DNA of 63,327 nt, the filler included, from Octopus bimaculoides (Eukaryota), in NCBI RefSeq assembly GCF_001194135.2. It is 4 parts of 4 records of this genome, joined end to end, with 100 filler letters (N's around TTAATTAATTAA, not from the genome) between each part and the next. Parts side by side here need not be neighbours in the genome. Positions count along the whole stretch, not along the records: positions 1 to 20,531 come from NC_068983.1; 3 more parts are not named here. One strand, given 5' to 3'. How positions within the stretch are numbered: the first letter of the stretch is position 1; every line of letters begins with the position of its first letter. The notes beneath the pieces are model-generated. The model had not been told where the DNA came from, did not search any database, and worked only from the letters and a program-made list of their open reading frames with translations. The position numbers and the translations under genes are program-made. Positions 1 to 12,486 of the stretch are shown in pieces.

Positions 1-37
<37 letters not shown>

Positions 38-464
38 ATGTATATGTAGATAACTACGTGCTTATATGTGTATATTATCTGTATGTACATTATAGTCAGA
101 CCAGAAATCTTCTCACTAGTTGATGAAAACCGCAACTGGTATCATGTAAACGAGTACTACCGGCTTCGTGGTCGAGTGGACGGTGATTAGATCGACTCCC
201 CCACTAGAGTAGCTTGCTGAGCTTGTGAGGAGGGTGTCTGAATACCCACCATGACTACAAACATGACATTGATGAGCTTCTTTTGTGCCAACAGCCATCC
301 ATTTGGGAAAAGGAATTGCAAATCACCCCGATATTTCTGCTAAGAAAAAATGAGAATGAAGTAATGCTATGCCTTGATCCGAAGGGAGAATTCGCACTGC
401 AAAAGGCGTACGATACATAACGACGACAACGATATGTATGTATGTATGTATGTATGTATGTGTG

Positions 465-498
<34 letters not shown>

Positions 499-520
499 TG
501 TATGTATGTATGTATGTATG

Positions 521-730
521 TGTGCAGATTTGTATGTTTTGCATTATGTTTGTATTCTCATACATATACTTGCATATCTAGACATGCTTATATATATTTA
601 AATAATAAACTTCTGCAAAGTTTTACAGATTTTTACAGTTCCAGTGATGGATTGAATCAGTAGTCTTCTAATCAGCTTTCTCCTTTCTGCTTTTGAGAAA
701 CCTAATTTCTCAAGATTAGTGTGTTACATT
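521..730 (-). mobile_element. 3-prime fragment of R4/Dong-like (REL endonuclease) LINE
   Basis: Minus strand encodes NLEKLGFSKAERRKLIRRLLIQSITGTVKICKTLQKFII*, near-identical to the end of the 9354-10296 copy; (TATG)n on both sides. Confidence 0.8.
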
Positions 731-996
731 ATGTATGTATGTATGTATGCATGTATGTATGTATGTATGTATGTATGTATGTATGCATTCCAGCAAGAGC
801 AGCAGTGACATGGTTATCAGCTGACGTGAAGAGACGAATGGATAGACGAAAGAAAACATGGAGACCTTAAAAGTTAATCCGCGCATCTGTGGCACATACT
901 GGTATCAAACTCCAACCCTTCAACCTTTGGCAAAGATAGAAAAAGGTGTAAGAGTATAGTGGTCCCTTACCGTCAGACTGGTGGAATTAGATGATG

Positions 997-1062
<66 letters not shown>

Positions 1063-1256
1063 ATATGCATATAAATATATAAATACTATGTTGGCTAATT
1101 CGCAATTTTACAGCCTTAAGGCAGTATTATTGATGTATATTTACGTCACTAAAGTGACAAACGGTCCTTCTCAGTACAAGTATTGCTAGAAGTAAGAGTT
1201 AAAACAACTGAATAGTCACAGAAGCACTATCCTAATGGCTGGAAAGTGAGGCAAGC

Positions 1257-1291
<35 letters not shown>

Positions 1292-1479
1292 TCAATTAGA
1301 GGTTAAAATAGCTTCCTTAAGTGACAGTAATATCCAATGAATTACTGGCTCATTGCCTGGTATTTTTTGTGAAAAATAATATTCATAAAATAATAGGTCA
1401 AAAATAGTTTATAAATATTCAAAAGTAAATTTTGAAAATGGAGATACAACACTAATATAATTTGCTATCTGCAAAAATC

Positions 1480-1830
1480 CAACATATTCCTCTTACAGCT
1501 GTTTCAATTTAGTCTAGATATTAACCTCCGTGTTGGTCATTGACATGTTGGTAGAGTATGTCTCAATTAATGCCAGGGCTAATCCTACATGCCATGCTGT
1601 TATCATTGTTGCCTGTGGTATTCTCAAATGGGGTAGGTCTCACATAGTTGTGATCTGATGGGGTTCCTTGGCTTTTTAACGATATTAATGTTGAGTTTGG
1701 CCTCCTTGAGAGCTCTCCGAAATCTACTGGCTAGTTCTCTATGAGTTGGGGCCTCTTTAAATATCACTCCTTTATATTTGTCTTTCTCGTACCACGTGTT
1801 CACCCTATTTGCTTTGTCACAAAGACAAGC
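1480..1830 (-). mobile_element. Penelope-like element fragment (linker and start of GIY-YIG region)
   Basis: WYEKDKYKGVIFKEAPTHRELASRFRRALKEAKLNINIVKKP..IRSQLCETYP followed by decayed Cys-rich/GET.R-like segment. Confidence 0.6.
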
Positions 1831-3199
1831 ACACATACACACAAAGACACACATGGAGACACATACCCATACATTACAGACAGCCATGTTCATTGTATCC
1901 GTATTATTGTTAGCGGTATAAATGGGTAGTCTCCCTCTGAATAACGAAAAGTCGAATCGGAAAAAGGATTTATGTGGGTTGATTGGGTAACAAAAGGTTG
2001 TCTTTTCTGTTTAGTAATTTATGGTCCCCATTGCTCTACATTTTCCTATATCATGTTAAATCCAGTGTCCAGCAGTTTTGAACGCCTGATATAAATTAAT
2101 AATTTTGTTGGATTCTATAATGCTGAAGGCTGATTTACAGCTGAATGAATCTAACTTCCACCATACAAATGTAATATTTGCTCTCTCTCGTTAGAAGAAA
2201 ATAGCTGCTTCCTGCATTGTTGCTTGTGAATTGCATAATTTATTGAGTGAGAATGAATTGGTATTCGTGATTAATTATCCTCTATTAACTTTGTTGGCTT
2301 ATAAGTTACATTTTTCATGACGAGAGGAGGGCCGTACTTTATTATATACCGTCCCTGATGGACAGTTTGCTGTAACGAGAGTTAACTGGGTAATGTTTAT
2401 CTAGTAGTTTTCCTAAACTTTTGGTAAAATTTTACAGAACATTTAAAGGAAAAGATGCAAAATAGATATTACCAAAGTCTATTCTTAATATAGGACAATA
2501 AGCGATTAATGGAGTAAAGGTTTTTTTAAAGGTATTCAGTGAGCATTCATTCATGTATTGTGCTACAGTCAGCCTATCGTCTCTGTATATTTCTATATTT
2601 GTGAGGTAAATTTATTGCTGGTTTCTTCTAGGAAATATTCCATCGACAGCGCTTATCTCTGCTCGATAAAATCACTCCATACTGGCACTGAATGCATTTG
2701 TGAGATGTTATATTTTGAAGTAGAGTGCTTTGAATATGCATGATTATATCGATATCATTATTTTCCAAATCATTATGAACTCTAGCATAGCTAGTGTCTT
2801 GATATATATATATATATATATATATATAGATAGATAGATAGATATTATTGATATTTTGCAACATATTCTTGCTATTTAATCCTATTTCTTTGCTTATAAG
2901 ATTAAAAGAATCTGTATTAGCTGTAACTTGCATTTCCATCTTAGTTTGATAGACTAACCTTATTCTCTGATATCGTTTTAAAATCAAATATTTCGATTTA
3001 ATTATGCCATCGTAAGTGGGTTTTTTCTTTTTTGTTAATTTTGGGAATATATTTTAAAATCAGTTCTTTATAAGTGATAGTTATAACTTCGTAAAGATTA
3101 AAAGCTTCATAAGATAACACTTCAAGAGCTACAACCATACAAAAAGAGGCCAGATATTGGTCTCTGCTTTCAATCCTTTAAAGACCGAACCAGTCTGCT

Positions 3200-3410
3200 C
3201 CAGTCAGGCGCAATTAACAAGCATAATCAAACAAAAGCCTCTAAAATATACGGACTCTTTCGTGTACCTAAGAAGTAACAGTGCATTCACAGAAAAAGTT
3301 GTAAAAATTTGCCCCACAAAAACATTGGCTGTTCTTGAAGGTCTCAGTATCATCTGGGAATCATCATTATCTAATGAACTTAAAATAAACTCCTTCGTTG
3401 TCGTTTAGGA
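3200..3410 (+). mobile_element. RTE-clade LINE fragment (RT C-terminal/thumb)
   Basis: KPLKYTDSFVYLRSNSAFTEKVVKI...LSIIWESSLSNELK matches the RTE pattern F.YLGS....E.D...R..KA.....L..IWKS.LS. Confidence 0.7.
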
Positions 3411-3454
3411 ATAAGAGTTCACTACAGGGACATTCACCAAATACCTAAAGGCAA

Positions 3455-3565
3455 GGGTAGATGGCGCTTATATTTGCTTGTGGCCTCTTCAAACATCACT
3501 CCTTTATATTTGTCGGTCTTGTACCATGTGTTCACCCTGTTTGCTTTGTCACAAAGACAAGCACA
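3455..3565 (-). mobile_element. Second short copy of the same Penelope-like fragment
   Basis: CLCDKANRVNTWYKTDKYKGVMFEEA, highly similar to 1750-1830. Confidence 0.6.
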
Positions 3566-3666
3566 CATACACACATACATACGCAAATGAAGGCTGAAAC
3601 ACATGACCATATACATACACGCACACTTCACACAAGGGCACATATCTTCTGGTGAAAACATCTGAT

Positions 3667-3778
<112 letters not shown>

Positions 3779-4596
3779 TGCATTACCGATGTCTTTAGAG
3801 AGAGCGACTGAGTGGTAAACAAGAACTCATTACTGATATACGCCTTAGAGCCCGGAAAGGAATCTACACGAGTCACCCGCTCAGAAAAAAACTTTCATTG
3901 ATAAATTTGTATGCGATGTATTATTGTGACTGTGATAAGTAGCGTGATCCAGTTAGGCAAATACGAGCACGTTAGGGCAAATGACGATGACGTATTGCTG
4001 TCTTAGCACTTTGTTAGTTGTCTATATTGGTGTGTATAGCAGTTGTATCTGCTTGTGTTATTTTGGTGATGTTTGACTGGTAATACATATGAGGTATGTT
4101 TAGAAAATAACTGTGTCTCAGCTACGTGTTTTGTTCAGGAAGATATTTTGAATTATTTTATTGCCGTGATCTAGAACTTTTCTGCTTTTGTTGCTATAGA
4201 ATATCACTAATCACACCCAGAGAATAAGTAAAAAGGTAGATATTTCTATTTGTCACGGATTTAAACACAGTGAATGACATTTACTTCAACAAGACAATTT
4301 ATAAATAAAACACTTTTCAAATCCCCCCCAGGTGTTGCCTTGATTAACTTATCTAAACATCAATACCCTACCGGTATGTCATCATATTTTACAGCTTATG
4401 TCGTCGGCTTTGTTTGTATTCCTTAACTAATAATGATTTTAAGAAACCATACCCTTCTGATATGTCACTAGTCATTACAAAAGTTATTTAACTTCTACAT
4501 TATCTAATGCATTTAGTAAAAATTTGCAGTGTCTAAGTCAACATCAAATGAATAATACTATTATATATATATTAACCTTTACAAGAAAAAAATTGA

Positions 4597-4679
4597 ATAG
4601 TGACTTCGAAGTTTCAGCTTACTGGCCTTCACCAGATAAAATGATGAAGGCGTGTAAGTCGAAACTTCGAAGTCACTAT
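4597..4679. repeat. 83-nt hairpin made of two inverted, degenerate hammerhead-like motifs
   Basis: 26-bp arms with 2 mismatches; each strand reads (C/A)TG(G/A)TGA-A-GGC-N6-G(C/T)(T/C)-GAAAC-ttcgaa-GTC. Confidence 0.6.
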
Positions 4680-4778
4680 CAACGTTTATCTTGCAATATA
4701 AGAAAAAGTATTTTTTTAATTCTTCAGTTTAATGCTAAATTGTATTTTATACGTAACTTGACATAAAAACAAACATTA

Positions 4779-4912
<134 letters not shown>

Positions 4913-5286
4913 AAACAAATAAACAAACAAACAAACAAAACACAGTGATCCAAACGTCCCTTTAGCATTGATATAAATCGGCAAACAACCATGGTCACTT
5001 TAGCCATTTTAGCTTCTCTTCGCCTCCTATTTTTGTTCTTCCCTCCTTCGCTGCTTTCCACCTCCTCACCGCATGTTTCGTATTTAACCCCACTGAAACC
5101 ATTAACCACCAACACTTAATCCCCAGTCACTTCATTGACTGCCACGGCTTAAAAATTCAAGGATTACTGGTCTACTACTCAGCCCATCCGTTAATGTTGA
5201 CCACCAACCCAACCAGCCTGGGCAGTTGAACTAGATACTCGGACAACAGAACGGAGTTAGCGTTATATTAAACCATTTTTTTCCAG

Positions 5287-5488
5287 GGTGGCGGGCTGGC
5301 AGAATTGTTAGCATGCAGAATGCTAAGCAGCATTTTGTCTGTCTTCGTGTTCTGAGTTCAAACTGTGCCGAGGTTGATTTTCCCTTTAACCCTTTCGGGG
5401 CCAGTAAAATAAGTACCAGTCGAGCAGTGGCGTCGACGTAATCGACTTGCCCCGAAATCGCTGGCCATGTGCCAAAATTTGAAAACCA
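5287..5488 (+). mobile_element. SINE family A copy
   Basis: ggcgggctggcagaattgttagc head, ttctgagttcaaa B-box region, tail ccaaaatttgaaa. Confidence 0.88.
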
Positions 5489-6296
5489 TTGTAGGATGAT
5501 ATGTGATCACTCATCTTTTGGTAATGATATTTATCTGAAATACATAGAACTATAAATACCAAAGAATTAAAAAAATTCCTTAAGAATATATAAAAATAAA
5601 ACTGCAGCAAAATTTAAAAAATTATAATTTTGTGTGGCATTTAAATGCTGGTGTATGTATGTTCGTTCCGAGTTTAATTCAGGAATTATTCATCCACTGA
5701 AAAAAAAAGACAATTTCTAGTTTAGAGAGAAAACTTTTATTAGAATTCAGTCATCAAGCACGGCAACCTTATACCTTTATATATAAGTATATCGGAGAGG
5801 AACAAAGTCATCTATGCATGCGGCTTAAATGCTAAATCCAAACTTTCAATCTTATTTCTAGCAATATAGTTGCCACCCAGCACCTTCAATCACAATAAGT
5901 GACGATTGAAATTCTCCTTTTTGATTTTATATTGCGTTTAGCTGCCTACGTTATTTTCTAATTTTCACATTAGTATTTCGTTAACGCAGCCATAAACTTA
6001 TATGGTAAATATATTTACTGATAGTCCGGATTTAGCTAAGCCATTCGGCAATGAAATAGTCACTGTTGACGAGTCTGTAATTTACAAACAAAACTAGTTC
6101 GAGTACAATGATTCTACCATCGTTTGAGGAGCAGTTACCTCCCCTGTCAGTATATGAAATTATGCTTCCTTGCAGTCCTCAGGGTTTTAACTACTTTTTC
6201 GAGCAATATAGGTGTTACATAGCATCTTCAGTCGCAATTTGTGATGATTGAAATTTTCCTTTTTGGTTTAAAAAAACATATAGCTGCCTCCGTTTT

Positions 6297-6354
<58 letters not shown>

Positions 6355-7319
6355 NNNNNNNNNNNNNNNNNNNNNNNNNNNNNNNNNNNNNNNNNNNNNN
6401 NNNNNNNNNNNNNNNNNNNNNNNNNNNNNNNNNNNNNNNNNNNNNNNNNNNNNNNNNNNNNNNNNNNNNNNNNNNNNNNNNNNNNNNNNNNNNNNNNNNN
6501 NNNNNNNNNNNNNNNNNNNNNNNNNNNNNNNNNNNNNNNNNNNNNNNNNNNNNNNNNNNNNNNNNNNNNNNNNNNNNNNNNNNNNNNNNNNNNNNNNNNN
6601 NNNNNNNNNNNNNNNNNNNNNNNNNNNNNNNNNNNNNNNNNNNNNNNNNNNNNNNNNNNNNNNNNNNNNNNNNNNNNNNNNNNNNNNNNNNNNNNNNNNN
6701 NNNNNNNNNNNNNNNNNNNNNNNNNNNNNNNNNNNNNNNNNNNNNNNNNNNNNNNNNNNNNNNNNNNNNNNNNNNNNNNNNNNNNNNNNNNNNNNNNNNN
6801 NNNNNNNNNNNNNNNNNNNNNNNNNNNNNNNNNNNNNNNNNNNNNNNNNNNNNNNNNNNNNNNNNNNNNNNNNNNNNNNNNNNNNNNNNNNNNNNNNNNN
6901 NNNNNNNNNNNNNNNNNNNNNNNNNNNNNNNNNNNNNNNNNNNNNNNNNNNNNNNNNNNNNNNNNNNNNNNNNNNNNNNNNNNNNNNNNNNNNNNNNNNN
7001 NNNNNNNNNNNNNNNNNNNNNNNNNNNNNNNNNNNNNNNNNNNNNNNNNNNNNNNNNNNNNNNNNNNNNNNNNNNNNNNNNNNNNNNNNNNNNNNNNNNN
7101 NNNNNNNNNNNNNNNNNNNNNNNNNNNNNNNNNNNNNNNNNNNNNNNNNNNNNNNNNNNNNNNNNNNNNNNNNNNNNNNNNNNNNNNNNNNNNNNNNNNN
7201 NNNNNNNNNNNNNNNNNNNNNNNNNNNNNNNNNNNNNNNTATAAGTACATATATTGTATGTATATATATATATATATACATATGTGTGTGTTTGTGTGTG
7301 TGTGCGTGTGTATATTCTT

Positions 7320-7524
7320 TTATTCTTTTACCCTTTTATTTGTTTCAGTCATTTGACTGTGGCCATGCTGGAACACTGCTTTCAGTCGAACAAATCGACC
7401 CCAGGACTTATTCTTTGTTCTATCGAACTTTTTTGCCGAACCGTTAAGTTACGGGGACGTAAACACACCAACATTGTTTGTCAAGCGATGGTGGGGGCCA
7501 AACATAGGCACACAAAGATGTGCA

Positions 7525-7581
<57 letters not shown>

Positions 7582-7737
7582 GACAGGCTTCTTTCAGTTT
7601 TCGTCTACCAAATCCACTCACAAGGCTTTGGTCGGCCCGAGGCTATAGTAGAAGACACTTGCCCAAGGTGATACACAGTGGGACTGAACCAAGAACCATG
7701 TAGCTCGTAAGCAAGCTACTTACCACACAGACACTCA
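7320..7737 (-). mobile_element. SINE family B (tRNA head, CORE-like ccttgggcaagtg, internal microsatellite)
   Basis: Head gtgtggtaag..ggttcagtccc, internal (TA)n at about 7525-7578, tail ccagcatggcc.cagtc.aatgactgaaac. Confidence 0.9.
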
Positions 7738-8061
7738 TCGTATGCATATATATATGTATGTATATTAAAAAAATACAAACTAGAATGAATAATAACATCT
7801 TTAATACAGGATTATAGCATACAAAACGCCAACACGGGTTTCTATTACCTAAGTATCTTTGGAAATAATTTTATATACAGATCGGCCCATAGGGAATCAA
7901 TTGTGATATCACATATACCTAAAAATTTAGGCTAACAATTTTTATCAGAGCGTTTGGATAGCTACAGAGTCGTAACAAAATATCTGCCTGGATTTGTGAG
8001 TTCCTATTACTTTGTATCATATGGATCATATGTATGCTGCCATCTATGCATGTTTATATTG

Positions 8062-8109
<48 letters not shown>

Positions 8110-8198
8110 GTCTGTCTGTCTGTCTGTCTATCTGTCAGTCAGTCTGTCTGTCTGTCTTCCTGTCTGTCTATCTATATATATATATCAATATCAGTCTG

Positions 8199-8251
<53 letters not shown>

Positions 8252-8283
8252 NNNNNNNNNNNNNNNNNNNNNNNNNNNNNNNN

Positions 8284-8332
<49 letters not shown>

Positions 8333-8629
8333 TGAGACAAATTCTAGTGATTACAATATAGATAAAAAATCGAGAATATGTTCTAATTTTGAAGCTGTAA
8401 ACTTTACGAGTTGCCACTACTAGTTTTATCTGTCTGATTGTTCAAGGCTATCTGTGTAGCATTTCGCTTTACATAACGAACTGATTGAAAAACATTTTCA
8501 AAAAATTCAGAAACTATCAAATCCTATAAGACTAAAATATACAAAAGCATTTTGACAGATTGACAAAAATAGATATCAGGATAAATAGAAAATTTAAGAT
8601 GAATAATAAAAATAAAAATAAAAATAATG

Positions 8630-8701
<72 letters not shown>

Positions 8702-9353
8702 GTAATAATAATAATATAAAGATAGGCATAAAATGAAAACAAAAATGAAGTAAATATATTAATTAATTGAAAGAAGGGAAATGGAATTCTCAATGACGCC
8801 ATTTTCGCTAGATTAGCTCATGAAAAGAAATAATTATATACCTTCTCTTAAAGTAGATTATGTCTATGAAAAAATGAATGTCATCTGCATTAGCATTTGG
8901 CTTAATAAAACCGAAAGTGATATAAAACTTACGTCAATTCCATTCAGAACAAGATAACATAAAATTAGCACTCAAACTGCAATATTAGACCATGATTACG
9001 AGCATTCAGCAACAAGTCAATGCATATACGTGTACAAGTACAAGAAAACTATATGTGTGTATGTATGTATGTATGTATGTATGTATGTATATATATATAT
9101 AATATAGACATATATACTTACATACAGGAAAGATATTCAAATCAAAAATGGATAATCGCAAACGTGTTTCAACGATGTATACATATGTATGCATATGTAT
9201 GTATGTGTGTATGTATGTATGTATGTATGTGTGTATGGTTGCATGTATGTATGTGTGTATGTACGTATGTATGTATGTGTGTATGGTTGCATGTATGTAT
9301 GTGTGTATGTATGTATGTATGTATGTATGTATGTACGTACGTATGTATGTATA

Positions 9354-10296
9354 TCATTATTCAGTTTTATTTCAAGATTTCTTGCCAATAGAGAAAGAGC
9401 CGGTTTCAATGAAGGAATTTCAACATCAACAGGGTACTTTTGTTTGTATGTATGAATACGTGTAGATTTGTATGTTTTGTTTTATGTATGTCTTCTCATG
9501 CATATACCTGTATATCTAGATATGATTACATTTACTTAAATGATAAACTTCTGGAAAAATTTACAGATTTTTACAGTTCCTGTAATGGCTGGGATCTGTG
9601 GTCTTCGAATCGGCTTTCTCTTTTCTGGTTTTGAGAAGCTTAATTTCTCAAGATTGGTATTTAGGCAGTGTGTTACATATACCAGAACCTCGATTATTAC
9701 AGGTTTAAAACTGAACTTGTAATCTGGATAGAGTAGCTGCAGATTTCTCAACAGTTCCGCGTAGGTATTCTCTTATTTACTGATCTTCAGCTTTATGTTA
9801 ACATTCCCTGGGCATCTGATTTCCACAACTGTACACAGTTACGCTTCTCTATCACAAATCATTAGGTCTATTATGTTTGTATTTTGTTGAGGTTTTCGCT
9901 GAGACATTCAACCAGTACTCTATTTTATTATGAGTGGCTATGGCTTCTACCATACTGTGGGTTTTTATTTCTTTCCCTTCAGGGTTAATTTTCCGGCGGA
10001 TTTCATCTTCGGACAACTACTTATGATGCGGGTGATATCTTCGGTGATAACACCACAAAGTCTGCATCGGTTGTCACATTTTACCGCTTTTCTTGCATCT
10101 CTGTCCTTTTTGTATATCAGGTATTTGGTTGATATTTCCCGCTCCTGGATTGCAAACGCATACGCTTCAAAGTGGGAGGTAGTAATCCGGTTCATGACAG
10201 ACTGCTTTGATGATCAATGTTACTACCGTCTCGGAGCCTTTTACTAACAAATCCATGCATGGTCTCCTCGTGATATAGCTCATCTTTTCATCTGAT
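9354..10296 (-). mobile_element. 5-prime-truncated R4/Dong-like LINE (zinc knuckle, REL endonuclease, 3-prime UTR)
   Basis: CRLCGVITEDITRIISSCPKM zinc-knuckle remnant, HNRP(D) region, terminal LLRNLQLLYPDYKF...KICKFFQKFII*; internal deletion, stops. Confidence 0.85.
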
Positions 10297-11382
10297 ATGT
10301 ATGTATGCATGTATGTATGTATGTATGTATGTATGTATGTATGTACGTACGCATGTACGTATGTGCGTATGTATGTATGTATGTATGTATGTATGTATGT
10401 ATGTATGTATGTATGTATGTATGTATGCATGTATGTATGTATGGATGTATANNNNNNNNNNNNNNNNNNNNNNNNNNNNNNNNNNNNNNNNNNNNNNNNN
10501 NNNNNNNNNNNNNNNNNNNNNNNNNNNNNNNNNNNNNNNNNNNNNNNNNNNNNNNNNNNNNNNNNNNNNNNNNNNNNNNNNNNNNNNNNNNNNNNNNNNN
10601 NNNNNNNNNNNNNNNNNNNNNNNNNNNNNNNNNNNNNNNNNNNNNNNNNNNNNNNNNNNNNNNNNNNNNNNNNNNNNNNNNNNNNNNNNNNNNNNNNNNN
10701 NNNNNNNNNNNNNNNNNNNNNNNNNNNNNNNNNNNNNNNNNNNNNNNNNNNNNNNNNNNNNNNNNNNNNNNNNNNNNNNNNNNNNNNNNNNNNNNNNNNN
10801 NNNNNNNNNNNNNNNNNNNNNNNNNNNNNNNNNNNNNNNNNNNNNNNNNNNNNNNNNNNNNNNNNNNNNNNNNNNNNNNNNNNNNNNNNNNNNNNNNNNN
10901 NNNNNNNNNNNNNNNNNNNNNNNNNNNNNNNNNNNNNNNNNNNNNNNNNNNNNNNNNNNNNNNNNNNNNNNNNNNNNNNNNNNNNNNNNNNNNNNNNNNN
11001 NNNNNNNNNNNNNNNNNNNNNNNNNNNNNNNNNNNNNNNNNNNNNNNNNNNNNNNNNNNNNNNNNNNNNNNNNNNNNNNNNNNNNNNNNNNNNNNNNNNN
11101 NNNNNNNNNNNNNNNNNNNNNNNNNNNNNNNNNNNNNNNNNNNNNNNNNNNNNNNNNNNNNNNNNNNNNNNNNNNNNNNNNNNNNNNNNNNNNNNNNNNN
11201 NNNNNNNNNNNNNNNNNNNNNNNNNNNNNNNNNNNNNNNNNNNNNNNNNNNNNNNNNNNNNNNNNNNNNNNNNNNNNNNNNNNNNNNNNNNNNNNNNNNN
11301 NNNNNNNNNNNNNNNNNNNNNNNNNNNNNNNNNNNNNNNNNNNNNNNNNNNNNNNNNNNNNNNNNNNNNNNNNNNNNNNNNN

Positions 11383-11444
<62 letters not shown>

Positions 11445-11775
11445 TCGGTGGGGTACATATCCCCAGATGATACTTGATTCATTGTCGAAGGTGTGGTTTA
11501 TGAACGCTGAAGTAATGTAGTTATCGCAAAAATATCTTTCTTCTACCTAGTCTCAGAATAATCAAAATTATCCAGTGTTACCATTATGAAAATGACATAA
11601 GCATCATCAAAATATCTGCATGTTTGTGCTTTGATGTCCCCGCCCCAACTTAGTCTAAGAACGTAAGTACCATTATTAATTCAATTTTTCTTGTTTGTAA
11701 TTTTATGTATATTATTTCTTTAACCCAAACATTACTTTATAAATCCCTATTCACCACATCGACTTCTCAGTCTAT
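11445..11775 (-). mobile_element. Heavily decayed Penelope-like RT fragment
   Basis: Minus frames give DVVN, INNGTY and RYFDDAYVIF (YxDD-type motif) in the expected order. Confidence 0.5.
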
Positions 11776-11805
11776 GCATTTATTGTTTTTATCCCTTATT
11801 TGCAG

Positions 11806-12486
11806 ATCCCTCAGCAAGATTCAACGAACATTTTTATGAAATTGGGATATGTGGTTGTTGAACATACAAGTAACTGTAAATCATATGACGGCACTGTAAA
11901 AGTAACCGAGGGATTATTTGTAAATACGGTTCCTTCTCCATTCAATTCGGTTTTGTTGCCCGAATCACCGTGTTTGATTTTTGGCAATGGCTCAATGAAC
12001 TCGTCAAATCTCAACCAAAATTTAACTTCAAAACATAAAGGAATATGTTCAAAGTAGAAATAGTTCTTTGAAAGAAAGTGTATTGATTTAAAAGGTTGCC
12101 GAGATGGCTCTTTGAAGTTCTACACCAAAATAGTTGCGTTTTGTAGGCTTATTGTAAAGCTGAATTTCGAGAAGCTAGTGTAAGTTTATGTTATGGACGT
12201 CTGCGTGGAAGTGTTCGACCAAGTAGACAACAAAGAGAATGAACCAGATGTCACTGAAACTCTCAACAAATTCACTACTTACAAAACAGCCAGTTCTAAG
12301 ATGTTTAAGATTGTGCACGACTACACGACTACATCCTTAACGAACGTGATTTCAAGTTGCTGGAATCGTTACTGATGGCGTTGCTGGAATCGTTACCCAG
12401 AATGTAAATCGATATACACCTTCCTTCACAGAATAAAGTCTTGCAAGAAAAAAAATTTCAACAGAACTAAACAGTGTGTTCAGTAA
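11806..12486 (+). pseudogene. Decayed exon-like ORF, family unidentified
   Basis: Acceptor tttttatcccttatttgcag|ATC; 227 codons in one frame with 4 internal stops (12055, 12061, 12181, 12373); 8-bp tandem duplication CACGACTA at 12316-12331. Confidence 0.45.

Noticed and set aside
5856-6300. About 105-bp old direct duplication at about 342-bp spacing
   Set aside because: Diverged and AT-rich with no coding or structural signal; probably a decayed repeat
6241-7356. 300-400 aa ORFs in the track (also 10280-11520, 32916-33663)
   Set aside because: They are runs of N translated as X
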